Assembly: GCA_964515175.1 (NCBI GenBank)
Contig: CAZEUR010000003.1
Coordinates: 1 to 57,079 of the forward strand
Source of the DNA: an uncultured Holosporaceae bacterium
Lineage (GTDB): Bacteria; Pseudomonadota; Alphaproteobacteria; UBA7879; UBA5542
Direction: 5' to 3'
Length of the DNA stretch: 57,079 nucleotides
The notes under the pieces were generated by a model, which saw only the letters and a program-made list of their open reading frames with translations, was not told the DNA's origin and did no database searches. The translations under genes and the position numbers were made by a program. Within the stretch, counting starts at the first letter, position 1, and every line of letters starts with the position of its first letter. Positions 18,492-27,198 of the stretch are shown one piece after another.

Positions 18492-21400
18492 TTAAAGCTT
18501 CTTTGTAAATTTCACTGTAGCTTCTTGAAGGGTGTATTTGGATCCAAACTCTCCGGTCCAGGATGCACTCAAAGAATAACCATCATTAAATTGCCATGTG
18601 GATTGAACACCCGGGGCAATATCTGTTGTTGTGACCGTAGTGGACTCAAAGCTTCCGGCGCTTGGGGAGATAATCTTCCCTTTCTTGATTGGTTTCTTAT
18701 TCACGATACCTAACGTAAGTCCAGGCTTCCAAGTAAAATCCTTGCACTCATAGAGTCGGGTTAAATTGAGGCCAACCTCTGATCTGAGCATGCTTGCTTC
18801 ATTTTTGTTCCAGTAAGTTGCGCCAGATCCTGTTTCTTGATATCCATACTGAGTCGAGTAAGCATAGTCAAAAGTTGTATAGGCTCTCACTTTATACCCT
18901 TTAACATCAAAGGTATAACCCCCTCCTATTTTTGGCGTTAGCTGATACCCATCATGGTGATTGATGGCAAATTGATTGTTTATGCCTGTATTTCGTGATC
19001 CTTGATATTTTTCTAGCCCCATCAAAATTGAGCCTTCCAGATACCATGGACCTCGGAACCACGTCCCGAAGAAAGTCAGGAATTTATCTTTGATGCTCAT
19101 TTTTCCCTGATTTGAATCAAAATTCAATTTTGTCTGAGCATATCCAAGACCGGCTCCCAAGATCACATCATATCTGACCCTATGGTCAAACCCAGCCAAC
19201 AATCCCCCCGTTCGGGTGTTATATCCAGGAGCTCCTTTATCTGCTGTTTGTCTCAAAGTCATGCCGAAAGGCTGCACCCAGACACCTGTCTTTTCAGTGC
19301 GTGCTGGTGACCATCGCTGGGCATTTTCCGTCGACTCCTTCATCATAGCCCCTTGTGTGAGGCTTAAGAAGTCTTTTGAAAGATCTGGGGCTTTGAGAGG
19401 GTTCCTTGTGAAGCTAGGGGAGGGCTGTCCAAAGTCTCCGCCAGATCCGCCAGGCCCATCTTGAGCATTGGCCCGCGCCACAACCATGGTGCCTCCGATG
19501 GCGAAAGAACTAATGTTTGTTGCAACAGCCTGTACGCTGTTATGGGCACTTGCAGAATTTCTTGCCCCTCCTGTGGCAGGGGGCGTAATGGGGGTTTTAC
19601 TCAGTTTGAACTTTACTTCCGTGTCACCGTTGTTAAAGTGTTTTAGGGCCGCAGTAAAACCGGGCACGTTGTTTAAATTTATAGCATGCAGAGAGTTCGA
19701 GAAGGTAGTATTTCCTGCGTTCTCAAACAATGTATATTCCATATCCTCTGTGTAGGTGCCTGTGGCCCCATTAATGTTTAAAGTGAGATGGCTGAGATCC
19801 AAAGCGGATGTGGCGTCTAGGTAAAATCGTGTGCTATGCTGAGCATCATTAATAGCAACAGTCAAAGTACTTCCTTCCCCAGCAGTGAAATTCGTTAGGC
19901 AATAGTGTTGATTTGCAATGGATATATCTGCGAAGTTTGATATATCAAATGTTCCGCCATTGATCGTGAAAGATCCTCCCGTAGAGGTATTGTCAATAGA
20001 AGACAGAGCTAAAGTGGCGCCGCTTTGAATTGTAGTGGGTTGATTATAATTGCTTTTATTAGGGCCCTCCAAAACAAGCGTTCCGCTGTCAACCTGAATT
20101 CCTATTTGTCCATTAATTTCGCCTCCCAGCGTCAATCTTCCCGAACCCGCCATGACAATCATGCCATAGCTGCTGTTTGTGTCGATACGATAATCAAATC
20201 TATCTGTCTCGGAATTATAGAAAACTAAATTATTGCCGGAACCATTGTCGAAATGAACACCGTTTGTATACCCTAGAGAAGCGCTGGAATCCAGCTCAAG
20301 GGTAGATCCGTTCCGTACATAGGCTCCCGAACTAAAACCATCTCCCTCTGTAAAGGAATATGACAGACGTAAGGTTCCCCCTCCATCAACAGTAACCTTT
20401 GGATTGTTTCCACTAGTAATGGATCCTGTAAGTTGCAGTTTTCCAGAACCATGATGTACTAAAGAAGGGCTTCCGTTACCAAAACTAATGGGTCCATCAT
20501 AGATTTCATACTCTTGGGCGCCAGCATCTGTAAATTGCAGGATGCCGTTCCATCTAGGTGAAAGGCTTCCTGAGAATGGAAAGAGAGTGGATGGCCCCTC
20601 TAGAATGGCTGCTGCTGATGATTGTGAATCTCCGCCTATAATTGCTTCACCCGTGTAGGTGCTTCGTGTCGTGCCGCCCAATATAAGAGCTCCTGAGGAT
20701 AGAGTGAACCCATTCCCCGACCCTGAATCAGTGATTGGACGTTGAAGGGTGACAGATGTACCGGCGTGTGGAATAGAAATCGTGTTGTTCGCCGCAGGTG
20801 ACGTAAGAACAATATTTCCATAATAGCTCGCACTACTCGTGCTATCGGAAAAAGTAAGGGTCCCATTTCCCATCCGAATGGTTGAGGTAGAGGTGCTATC
20901 CCCAGCGGGGATTGTAAGGCCACCACCACTATTAATATCAATCTCTAAGGAATAACTGTTTCCTGGATTTGAAAGAGTTAATGGGGTGCTTTCGACAGCT
21001 ACTTTACCACTTCCTGTTATGGGCCCATGAATATTTATGGAGCCTCCACCACTAATAGTTGTAACATCTGCCCCAGAAGTTCCAAAATCCATATGCGCAT
21101 AGTAATTGACGCTATTATTATCTGTGAGGATAGAGCTGGTCCCCGTATAATTTAGATGTAAATGATCAGGGTGATTTTCGCTTCCAAGATTTCCGTGCGT
21201 GACTGCACTCCTGAAATTAATGGTGTGGTGTGCTCCGGGAAGATCGATGTCATCACTATCAGTCTCATTGTTAGCCACACCAATGCTGCCAACAGAAACG
21301 GTCTGGTTTCCGGAACTTCCAAAAGTTTGCCCGGAAGTGGTGGTGAGAGTGACCGCTCTTATCCTATCGCCAAACACAATCTGGTCCACACTGCCTACTG

Positions 21401-21626
21401 ACGTCGTGTCTAGACCTGCAGAGGTTTGATCAAAGATAATTTTATCACTAGCCCCGGGGGTCCCCCCTGGATCCCAGTTAGTAGTAGTAGTGAAAGCACC
21501 CCCATTATCTTGGGCAAGGCGAGTATAGTCGGTTGTTCCCCACCCATCTGCTGACCCCAAAAGACCTGCCGTCAAGGCTAAAATTGAAACCGATCTTGAA
21601 AGAGAAACTTTCCCCATTCTATACAT
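18492..21626 (-). CDS. autotransporter outer-membrane protein (beta-helical passenger plus C-terminal beta-barrel)
   Basis: 1044 aa with a signal peptide. The passenger has many G-x-G-T-L-x-L repeats (GGGTLRLS, GSGRLTLGG, DSGTLVLEG, SGATLALSS). The last ~280 aa (from TGVWVQPFG..; GLLAGFDHR, LGAGLGYAQ) look like an autotransporter barrel. Confidence 0.88.
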   Translation of the reverse strand: MYRMGKVSLSRSVSILALTAGLLGSADGWGTTDYTRLAQDNGGAFTTTTNWDPGGTPGASDKIIFDQTSAGLDTTSVGSVDQIVFGDRIRAVTLTTTSGQTFGSSGNQTVSVGSIGVANNETDSDDIDLPGAHHTINFRSAVTHGNLGSENHPDHLHLNYTGTSSILTDNNSVNYYAHMDFGTSGADVTTISGGGSINIHGPITGSGKVAVESTPLTLSNPGNSYSLEIDINSGGGLTIPAGDSTSTSTIRMGNGTLTFSDSTSSASYYGNIVLTSPAANNTISIPHAGTSVTLQRPITDSGSGNGFTLSSGALILGGTTRSTYTGEAIIGGDSQSSAAAILEGPSTLFPFSGSLSPRWNGILQFTDAGAQEYEIYDGPISFGNGSPSLVHHGSGKLQLTGSITSGNNPKVTVDGGGTLRLSYSFTEGDGFSSGAYVRNGSTLELDSSASLGYTNGVHFDNGSGNNLVFYNSETDRFDYRIDTNSSYGMIVMAGSGRLTLGGEINGQIGIQVDSGTLVLEGPNKSNYNQPTTIQSGATLALSSIDNTSTGGSFTINGGTFDISNFADISIANQHYCLTNFTAGEGSTLTVAINDAQHSTRFYLDATSALDLSHLTLNINGATGTYTEDMEYTLFENAGNTTFSNSLHAINLNNVPGFTAALKHFNNGDTEVKFKLSKTPITPPATGGARNSASAHNSVQAVATNISSFAIGGTMVVARANAQDGPGGSGGDFGQPSPSFTRNPLKAPDLSKDFLSLTQGAMMKESTENAQRWSPARTEKTGVWVQPFGMTLRQTADKGAPGYNTRTGGLLAGFDHRVRYDVILGAGLGYAQTKLNFDSNQGKMSIKDKFLTFFGTWFRGPWYLEGSILMGLEKYQGSRNTGINNQFAINHHDGYQLTPKIGGGYTFDVKGYKVRAYTTFDYAYSTQYGYQETGSGATYWNKNEASMLRSEVGLNLTRLYECKDFTWKPGLTLGIVNKKPIKKGKIISPSAGSFESTTVTTTDIAPGVQSTWQFNDGYSLSASWTGEFGSKYTLQEATVKFTKKL

Positions 21627-21671
21627 CCCTGTTAGTATTCTTTATTTTTTTAAATCATAACACTTTTTGTA

Positions 21672-21701
21672 TTGATTCAGCAATAAGTTTGGGTACATAA
21701 T
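21672..21701 (+). promoter_or_regulatory. candidate promoter for the double glycosyltransferase gene
   Basis: TTGATT (21672-21677), 18 nt, CATAAT (21696-21701). The ATG at 21707 follows with no SD, so the mRNA could be leaderless or have a very short leader. Confidence 0.3.
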
Positions 21702-21706
21702 CACAA

Positions 21707-24253
21707 ATGCTCACCACAAATGCAGTCAAAAGATTTTTTAAAAACCTTGAAGAAATAACAAAATCTTCCTATGACCCAGTGCCAAAAAAGGTGCTTTTTA
21801 CCACCACCTGTCTTGATTTAACGGGGGCTCAGAGGCAATTGACTAATACGGCCATTGAGATAAAAAAAGCACTAAATTCTCCTATGGCGATTTTTTTTAT
21901 GGATAGGCCCCATCCGAAAGCGGAACTTTTGGTGAAAGATCTTGTTCGCCATGAAATAGGACTCTCTATTTTTGCGAAGTTTTCAAACAAATTACCCCTA
22001 AAATTTTCTCCTTTAGGAGAGTCCTTGAGGCAGTTTTGCCTGGATGATCAGGTAAAGATTGCAACATTCTACGAACTCTTTATGAAAGAAAGGCCGGAGG
22101 TGGTTCATTCATGGGGAATGGCGACGGGGGCTTTTGTTGCGGTGGCAGGCTTAATGGCAGGGGTGCCAAAAATTATCATAAGTTGGAGGGGGATGAGCCC
22201 TCGACAAAATCCGTCTTTGCCAACAGAGTCTTTTTGTCATCATAGAGAAGTCTATAGACAGCTCCTGCAATATCCACAGATTAAGTTTATGGCTAATAGC
22301 CAAGTGGCGCTAAACGATTACGCCAAGTGGATGAAGTGTGACCCAAAAAGATTTAAGCTTATTCGAAATGCTTTAAATACGGACTTTTTAGAGGCATTCC
22401 CCTCCCACGATTTAAAGGCCGAGCTAAAAATCCCCTCAGATAAAATGGTTGTGGGAGGCATGTTCCGATTTCATTCTGATAAACATCCAGAACTTTGGAT
22501 TGAAACGGCGAAAATTTTGGCACAAAAGAACCCAGATCTTATCTTTCTTTTGGCAGGAGAAGGGGGGCTGGTGCCCAAAATTCAAGAAATGATAAAAGAA
22601 TATGGACTTGAATCTAGATTTTTTCTCATAGGAAGATACGTCAATGTAAAGGCCTTCTATGAAAGCATAGATTGTTTTCTTCTCACATCGCGTAGAGAAG
22701 GAGAAGGCCTTCCCAACGTCCTAGTTGAGGCTCAATATTTTGGGGTTCCTGCGGTGACAACAGGAGGAGGAGCTGAGGAGACCCTTACAGAAGGCACCGG
22801 TGTTTTGTGCAGAGCAGATGATCCTCATGAAATTGCTCAAGTGGTAGAGGAGGCTTTGAGTCAGAACGTAGAAAGGAAGACTCTTCGAAAAATCTATAAA
22901 ACCTTCGCGGATGAAAATTTCTCGCTTTCCTCTTTGGGTAAAAAATTTTTGGATGTTTACGGCTTTCAAGAAGAAAAGATCTTAAAAAAAGAGATTACAA
23001 CAGATTCGGTCAAAATGTTGTTTCAAAATCTGAATCAAATAGAAAAGGTCCCCTTTGATCCTATCCCTAAGAAAGTTATCCTAACATCGACTGTTTTAGA
23101 TTTAACAGGGGCGCAGAGGCAACTTACAAATACGGCCATTGAAATAAAGAAAAAGTTGCAGGCTCCCATGAGTGTTTTTTTTCTGGGACTCCCAAATCCA
23201 AAAGCAACTTTCTTGGTGGAGGCGCTGACTCAAAACGGCATAAATCTAGGAGCTTTCAACAAATTTTCTACCGAATTGCCAGTTCGATTTGTCCCTTTAA
23301 AAGAGCCCTTGGAGCGGCTCTCTCCCAAAGAGCAGGTGATGATTGTGACCATGTACCATGTCTTTATGCGGGATCGTCCTGAAGTTGTGCATTCCTGGGG
23401 GGCGGCGACTGGGGCCACTTTAGCCTTTGCGGCATTAATGGCAGGGGTGCCAAAAATTGTTATAAGCTGGAGAAATATGAGTCCAGGTTCCAAAAATTCC
23501 ATTGTTTATGAAAATTCTTTTTGTCATCAAAGGGAAGTTTTTAGGCAATTGGCAACCTACCCCCAAGTTAAATTCTTGGCCATCAGTGAAGCGGTACGAC
23601 AAGATTATGCAAACTGGATAGGATGTTCGCCGAACAGGATAGATTTTATTAGTTGTGGGCTCAATACAGACTTTTTGGAGAGCTTTCCGAGTCATAATTT
23701 GAGGGCAGAGCTTAAAATTTCCCCGGATAAAAAGGTTGTGGGGGGTATGTTTCGCTTTCATCCGGATAAGAATCCGGAACTTTGGATTGAAGCAGCTCGG
23801 GTCTTGGTGCAAAAAAGGAAAGATCTTGTCTTTATTTTGGCGGGGGAAGGCGAGTTAGTGCCAAAAGTTCAAAAAATGATAGAAGATTATAATTTAAAGT
23901 CCTATTTTTTTTATTTGGGAAAGTACGTCAACGTCAAAGCCTTTTATGAAAGTTTGGATTGCTTTCTCCTTACGTCTCGAACTGAGGGATTGGGGAATGT
24001 GTTGCTGGAAGCTCAATATTTCGGCATTCCAACGGTCACAACAGCAGCAGATGGGCCTGCTGTAGAGACATTGGCAGCAGAAACAGGGGTTTTGTGTCCA
24101 GATGATCCCTACGCCCTGGCACAGGTAGTAGAGGAAGTTTTAAATAAAAAAACAGATCGAGAAAAATTGAGAGAGACCTATAAGGCCTTTGTGGATGAAA
24201 ATTTTTCTCTTAAGGATCTGGGAAAAAAGTTTGTTGATGCCTATGGTGTCTAA
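21707..24253 (+). CDS. fused tandem glycosyltransferase: two GT4 (group 1) modules in one 848-aa ORF
   Basis: Each half carries GT4 C-terminal motifs (LLTSRREGEGLPNVLVEAQYFGVPAVTT / LLTSRTEGLGNVLLEAQYFGIPTVTT). The halves are colinear paralogues. Confidence 0.88.
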   Translation: MLTTNAVKRFFKNLEEITKSSYDPVPKKVLFTTTCLDLTGAQRQLTNTAIEIKKALNSPMAIFFMDRPHPKAELLVKDLVRHEIGLSIFAKFSNKLPLKFSPLGESLRQFCLDDQVKIATFYELFMKERPEVVHSWGMATGAFVAVAGLMAGVPKIIISWRGMSPRQNPSLPTESFCHHREVYRQLLQYPQIKFMANSQVALNDYAKWMKCDPKRFKLIRNALNTDFLEAFPSHDLKAELKIPSDKMVVGGMFRFHSDKHPELWIETAKILAQKNPDLIFLLAGEGGLVPKIQEMIKEYGLESRFFLIGRYVNVKAFYESIDCFLLTSRREGEGLPNVLVEAQYFGVPAVTTGGGAEETLTEGTGVLCRADDPHEIAQVVEEALSQNVERKTLRKIYKTFADENFSLSSLGKKFLDVYGFQEEKILKKEITTDSVKMLFQNLNQIEKVPFDPIPKKVILTSTVLDLTGAQRQLTNTAIEIKKKLQAPMSVFFLGLPNPKATFLVEALTQNGINLGAFNKFSTELPVRFVPLKEPLERLSPKEQVMIVTMYHVFMRDRPEVVHSWGAATGATLAFAALMAGVPKIVISWRNMSPGSKNSIVYENSFCHQREVFRQLATYPQVKFLAISEAVRQDYANWIGCSPNRIDFISCGLNTDFLESFPSHNLRAELKISPDKKVVGGMFRFHPDKNPELWIEAARVLVQKRKDLVFILAGEGELVPKVQKMIEDYNLKSYFFYLGKYVNVKAFYESLDCFLLTSRTEGLGNVLLEAQYFGIPTVTTAADGPAVETLAAETGVLCPDDPYALAQVVEEVLNKKTDREKLRETYKAFVDENFSLKDLGKKFVDAYGV
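21725..22966 (+). repeat. intragenic duplication, module 1 (aa 7-420)
   Basis: Aligns residue-for-residue without net indel to aa 435-848, e.g. DPVPKKVLFTTTCLDLTGAQRQLTNTAIEIKK vs DPIPKKVILTSTVLDLTGAQRQLTNTAIEIKK. Confidence 0.9.
23009..24250 (+). repeat. intragenic duplication, module 2 (aa 435-848)
   Basis: Second 414-aa copy, after the 14-aa linker QEEKILKKEITTDS. It is diverged at the nucleotide level, so it is not an assembly artefact. Confidence 0.9.
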
Positions 24254-24281
24254 TTTTCGCTAGATTTTTTAAACTTTTTTA

Positions 24282-24310
24282 TTGACATTTGGTCAGAAAT
24301 GACCTATTTC
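24282..24310 (+). promoter_or_regulatory. candidate promoter for tRNA-Tyr/tRNA-Gly (possibly also tuf)
   Basis: TTGACA (24282-24287), 17 nt, TATTTC (24305-24310). The spacer contains the inverted repeat GGTCA-gaaa-TGACC. Confidence 0.3.
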
Positions 24311-24374
24311 CCTAGGGGTAAGTCCCATATGGTATTGGAGAGCTTCGGGGGAGATAGGTTGATCCCTTTCGGAC

Positions 24375-24460
24375 GGAGGGATGGCCGAGCGGTCAAAGGC
24401 AGCAGACTGTAAATCTGTCCGCGAATGCGTACGCAGGTTCGAATCCTGCTCCCTCCACCA
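24375..24460 (+). tRNA. tRNA-Tyr (anticodon GTA)
   Basis: 86 nt: acceptor GGAGGGA/TCCCTCC, anticodon loop CTGTAAA, long variable arm, T-loop GGTTCGAATCC, encoded CCA. Confidence 0.93.
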
Positions 24461-24471
24461 TTTATTTGACT

Positions 24472-24545
24472 GCGGGTGTAGCTTAGTGGTAAAGCTCCAG
24501 CCTTCCAAGCTGGCTATGAGGGTTCGATTCCCTCCACCCGCTCCA
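24472..24545 (+). tRNA. tRNA-Gly (anticodon TCC)
   Basis: 74 nt: acceptor GCGGGTG/CACCCGC, anticodon stem-loop CCAGC-CTTCCAA-GCTGG, T-loop GGTTCGATTCC, encoded CCA. Confidence 0.93.
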
Positions 24546-24571
24546 AATAAAGGGGCGTTTTTATTTTTTTG
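24539..24571 (+). terminator. weak terminator-like hairpin plus T-tract overlapping the tRNA-Gly 3' end
   Basis: CGCTCC (24539-24544) pairs with GGGGCG (24552-24557; one G-U pair), followed by TTTTTATTTTTTT. The short stem makes this low confidence. Confidence 0.3.
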
Positions 24572-24595
24572 AGTTATTTAGTTTTTTAGGGTTCC

Positions 24596-25803
24596 AAGAG
24601 GAGTTAAGAAGAATGGCAAAAGCGAAATTTGAGAGAAAGAAGCCACATTGTAACGTGGGAACGATAGGGCACGTGGACCACGGGAAGACGTCCTTGACAG
24701 CGGCGATTACAAAGATTTTGGCGAAGAAGGGATATGCAGAGTTCCGGGCTTATGATCAGATTGACGCAGCGCCAGAAGAGAAAGCAAGAGGGATCACGAT
24801 TTCAACGGCACACGTTGAATATGAAACAGACCCACGGCATTATGCGCATGTGGATTGTCCAGGACACGCAGACTATGTAAAGAACATGATCACCGGAGCG
24901 GCGCAGATGGACGGAGCGATTTTGGTGGTATCAGCAGCAGATGGGCCTATGCCCCAGACACGTGAGCACATAGTGTTGGCGCGTCAGGTGGGAGTGCCTG
25001 CGTTGTGTGTGTTTTTGAACAAGTGCGACATGGTGGACGATCCAGAGTTGTTGGATTTGGTTGAGATGGAAGTGAGGGAGTTGCTGAGTCAGTACAATTT
25101 TCCTGGGGACGAAGTTCCGATCATCAGAGGATCTGCGTTGTGTGCATTGGAAGATAAGAACCCCGAGTTGGGAGAGAATGCAATTTTGAAGTTGATGGAG
25201 AGCGTAGACAGCTATATTCCACAACCTAAGAGAGACATCGACAAGCCGTTTTTGATGCCTGTAGAGGATGTGTTTTCAATATCTGGTCGAGGAACAGTAG
25301 TGACCGGAAGAATCGAGCAAGGTGTTGTGAAGGTTGGAGAAGAGATCGAGATTATCGGGATCAAGCCAACAGTGAAGACGGTGGTGACTGGTGTGGAGAT
25401 GTTCCGTAAGTTGCTGGATCGAGGAGAAGCGGGAGACAACGTTGGGCTTCTTTTGAGGGGGACGAAGAGAGAAGATGTGGAGCGTGGGCAAGTAATGGCA
25501 GCGCCCGGGAGCATCAAGCCACACACGAAGTTTATGTGTGAGGCGTATATCTTGACGAAGGAAGAAGGAGGGCGTCATACACCATTCTTCACGAACTATC
25601 GTCCACAGTTTTATTTCAGAACGACAGATGTGACCGGACAAGTAGTTTTGCCAGCCGGGACAGAGATGGTAATGCCTGGAGATAACATAACAATGGAAGT
25701 GCAATTGATAGCGCCCATTGCGATGAATGAAGGGCTTCGCTTTGCGATCAGAGAAGGTGGTCGTACGGTTGGTGCCGGCGTTGTCTCTAAAATTATTGAG
25801 TAG
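24596..25803 (+). repeat. 1.2-kb direct repeat, copy 1 (tuf plus 17 nt of leader)
   Basis: Same sequence as 41543-42750. The shared block starts at AAGAGGAGTTAAGAAGA and ends at the TAG stop, and the flanks differ. Confidence 0.9.
24613..25803 (+). CDS. tuf: elongation factor Tu (copy 1)
   Basis: 396 aa with [13 protein letters not shown] and NKCD GTPase motifs. Follows tRNA-Tyr/Gly as in the tufB-type locus. Confidence 0.99.
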   Translation: MAKAKFERKKPHCNVGTIGHVDHGKTSLTAAITKILAKKGYAEFRAYDQIDAAPEEKARGITISTAHVEYETDPRHYAHVDCPGHADYVKNMITGAAQMDGAILVVSAADGPMPQTREHIVLARQVGVPALCVFLNKCDMVDDPELLDLVEMEVRELLSQYNFPGDEVPIIRGSALCALEDKNPELGENAILKLMESVDSYIPQPKRDIDKPFLMPVEDVFSISGRGTVVTGRIEQGVVKVGEEIEIIGIKPTVKTVVTGVEMFRKLLDRGEAGDNVGLLLRGTKREDVERGQVMAAPGSIKPHTKFMCEAYILTKEEGGRHTPFFTNYRPQFYFRTTDVTGQVVLPAGTEMVMPGDNITMEVQLIAPIAMNEGLRFAIREGGRTVGAGVVSKIIE

Positions 25804-25861
25804 ACGAAAAATTGCGGGAGTGTATTGGAAAGCTTGACCAGAGCTCCTATATTGTATATGA

Positions 25862-25937
25862 AGGAGCGTAGCTCAATTGGTAGAGCGTCGGTCTCCAAAA
25901 CCGAAGGTCGTGGGTTCGAGACCCGCCGCTCCTGCCA
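25862..25937 (+). tRNA. tRNA-Trp (anticodon CCA)
   Basis: 76 nt: acceptor AGGAGCG/CGCTCCT, anticodon loop CTCCAAA, T-loop GGTTCGAGACC, encoded CCA. Confidence 0.93.
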
Positions 25938-25967
25938 TTCATATAGTTTTAGAGTGTGGAAAGAGTA

Positions 25968-26159
25968 ATGATTAACCCGATCGATTTTGTTCAACAAGTT
26001 AAGCGCGAAATATCTAAGGTTATTTGGCCAACGCGCAAAGAAGTGACAATTACCACTGTTATGGTGTTTGTTTTGGTCATGTTCGCGGCAGGGTTTTTCT
26101 TGTTGGCGGATCAGGTTTTGATTCGTATGGTTAAGCTTATTTTAGGGTTAGGTGCATAA
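25968..26159 (+). CDS. secE: preprotein translocase subunit SecE
   Basis: A single TM follows REISKVIWPTRKEV (SecE motif). ATG at 25968 has a GGAAAGAG upstream; the track ORF starts at GTG 25956. Confidence 0.9.
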   Translation: MINPIDFVQQVKREISKVIWPTRKEVTITTVMVFVLVMFAAGFFLLADQVLIRMVKLILGLGA

Positions 26160-26163
26160 AGTT

Positions 26164-26694
26164 ATGTCACACCGTTGGTACGTAGTAAATGTTTATTCAG
26201 GCTTTGAGAATAAGGTTGCGACCTCTATTCGCGAGCAAGCTGAGAAGCAAGGGTTTATGGAAAAGTTCCAAGAAATTTTGGTTCCGACCCATGAAGTCAT
26301 TGAAGTTAAGAGAGGAAAGAAAGTCTCTAGAGACAAGAAATTCTTCCCTGGATATGTGCTTGTTAAGATGGAAATGACAGAAGATACTTGGCATTTAGTT
26401 AAAAATATTGCTAAAGTATCTGGGTTTTTGGGAGCAAAAGGAAAGCCTTCTCCTATCACAGAAGCAGAAGCGGCTCGTTTGTTGAATCAAGTGGAGCAAG
26501 GCGTCAAGGGTGGTGGTGACGGATTTTCCTTTGAAGTGGGCGAGCAAGTTCGGGTTAGTGATGGGCCCTTTGCTTCTTTTACAGGATTGGTTGAAGAGGT
26601 GGATTCAGAAAAGGCCCGTCTCAAAGTTACGGTTTCAATTTTTGGCCGAGCAACGCCGGTTGATTTAGAATTCAATCAGGTTGAGAAGTTATAG
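26164..26694 (+). CDS. nusG: transcription termination/antitermination factor NusG
   Basis: RWYVVNVYSGFENKV NGN domain and a KOW domain (GEQVRVSDGPFASFTGLVEEV). ATG at 26164 follows the secE stop. Confidence 0.96.
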   Translation: MSHRWYVVNVYSGFENKVATSIREQAEKQGFMEKFQEILVPTHEVIEVKRGKKVSRDKKFFPGYVLVKMEMTEDTWHLVKNIAKVSGFLGAKGKPSPITEAEAARLLNQVEQGVKGGGDGFSFEVGEQVRVSDGPFASFTGLVEEVDSEKARLKVTVSIFGRATPVDLEFNQVEKL

Positions 26695-26758
26695 TTTTTT
26701 TTTGTATGTGGGAGGCCAGCCATGGCCGTACCACAAACCTTTAAGAGGAGTAAAGTAA

Positions 26759-27196
26759 ATGGCAGCACCGCAGAAGAAAATAGCAGGTTATATTAACCTG
26801 ATTATTCCAGCAGGAAAGGCGAATCCTTCGCCGCCGGTAGGTCCAGCTTTGGGTCAACGAGGCCTAAATATCATGGAATTTTGTAAGGCATTTAATGATC
26901 ATACGAAAGGTATGGAGCCAGGAGTTCCAACGCCGGTGACCATTGTTGCTTATGCAGATCGGACATTTTCCTTTGAAACACGTACTCCCCCAGCCACTTA
27001 CTTTTTGAAGAAGGCGGCAAAGTTGGAGAGTGGCTCTAAGACGCCAGGTCGTGACGTGGCAGGAAAAGTAACAATGGCTCAAATTGAAGAGATTGCCAAA
27101 ATAAAGATGGTGGATCTTAACGCGCATAACTTAGAAGGAGCTTGTCAGATGATTAAGGGATCTGCACGTTCCATGGGACTCGAGGTCGTAGAATAA
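26759..27196 (+). CDS. rplK: 50S ribosomal protein L11
   Basis: [30 protein letters not shown] is the L11 signature. Confidence 0.98.
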   Translation: MAAPQKKIAGYINLIIPAGKANPSPPVGPALGQRGLNIMEFCKAFNDHTKGMEPGVPTPVTIVAYADRTFSFETRTPPATYFLKKAAKLESGSKTPGRDVAGKVTMAQIEEIAKIKMVDLNAHNLEGACQMIKGSARSMGLEVVE

Positions 27197-27198
27197 TC

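Noticed and set aside
24293-24572. 71-aa (minus) and 63-aa (plus) ORFs.
   Set aside because: Both are translations of the tRNA-Tyr and tRNA-Gly genes and their flanks, so they are artefacts.
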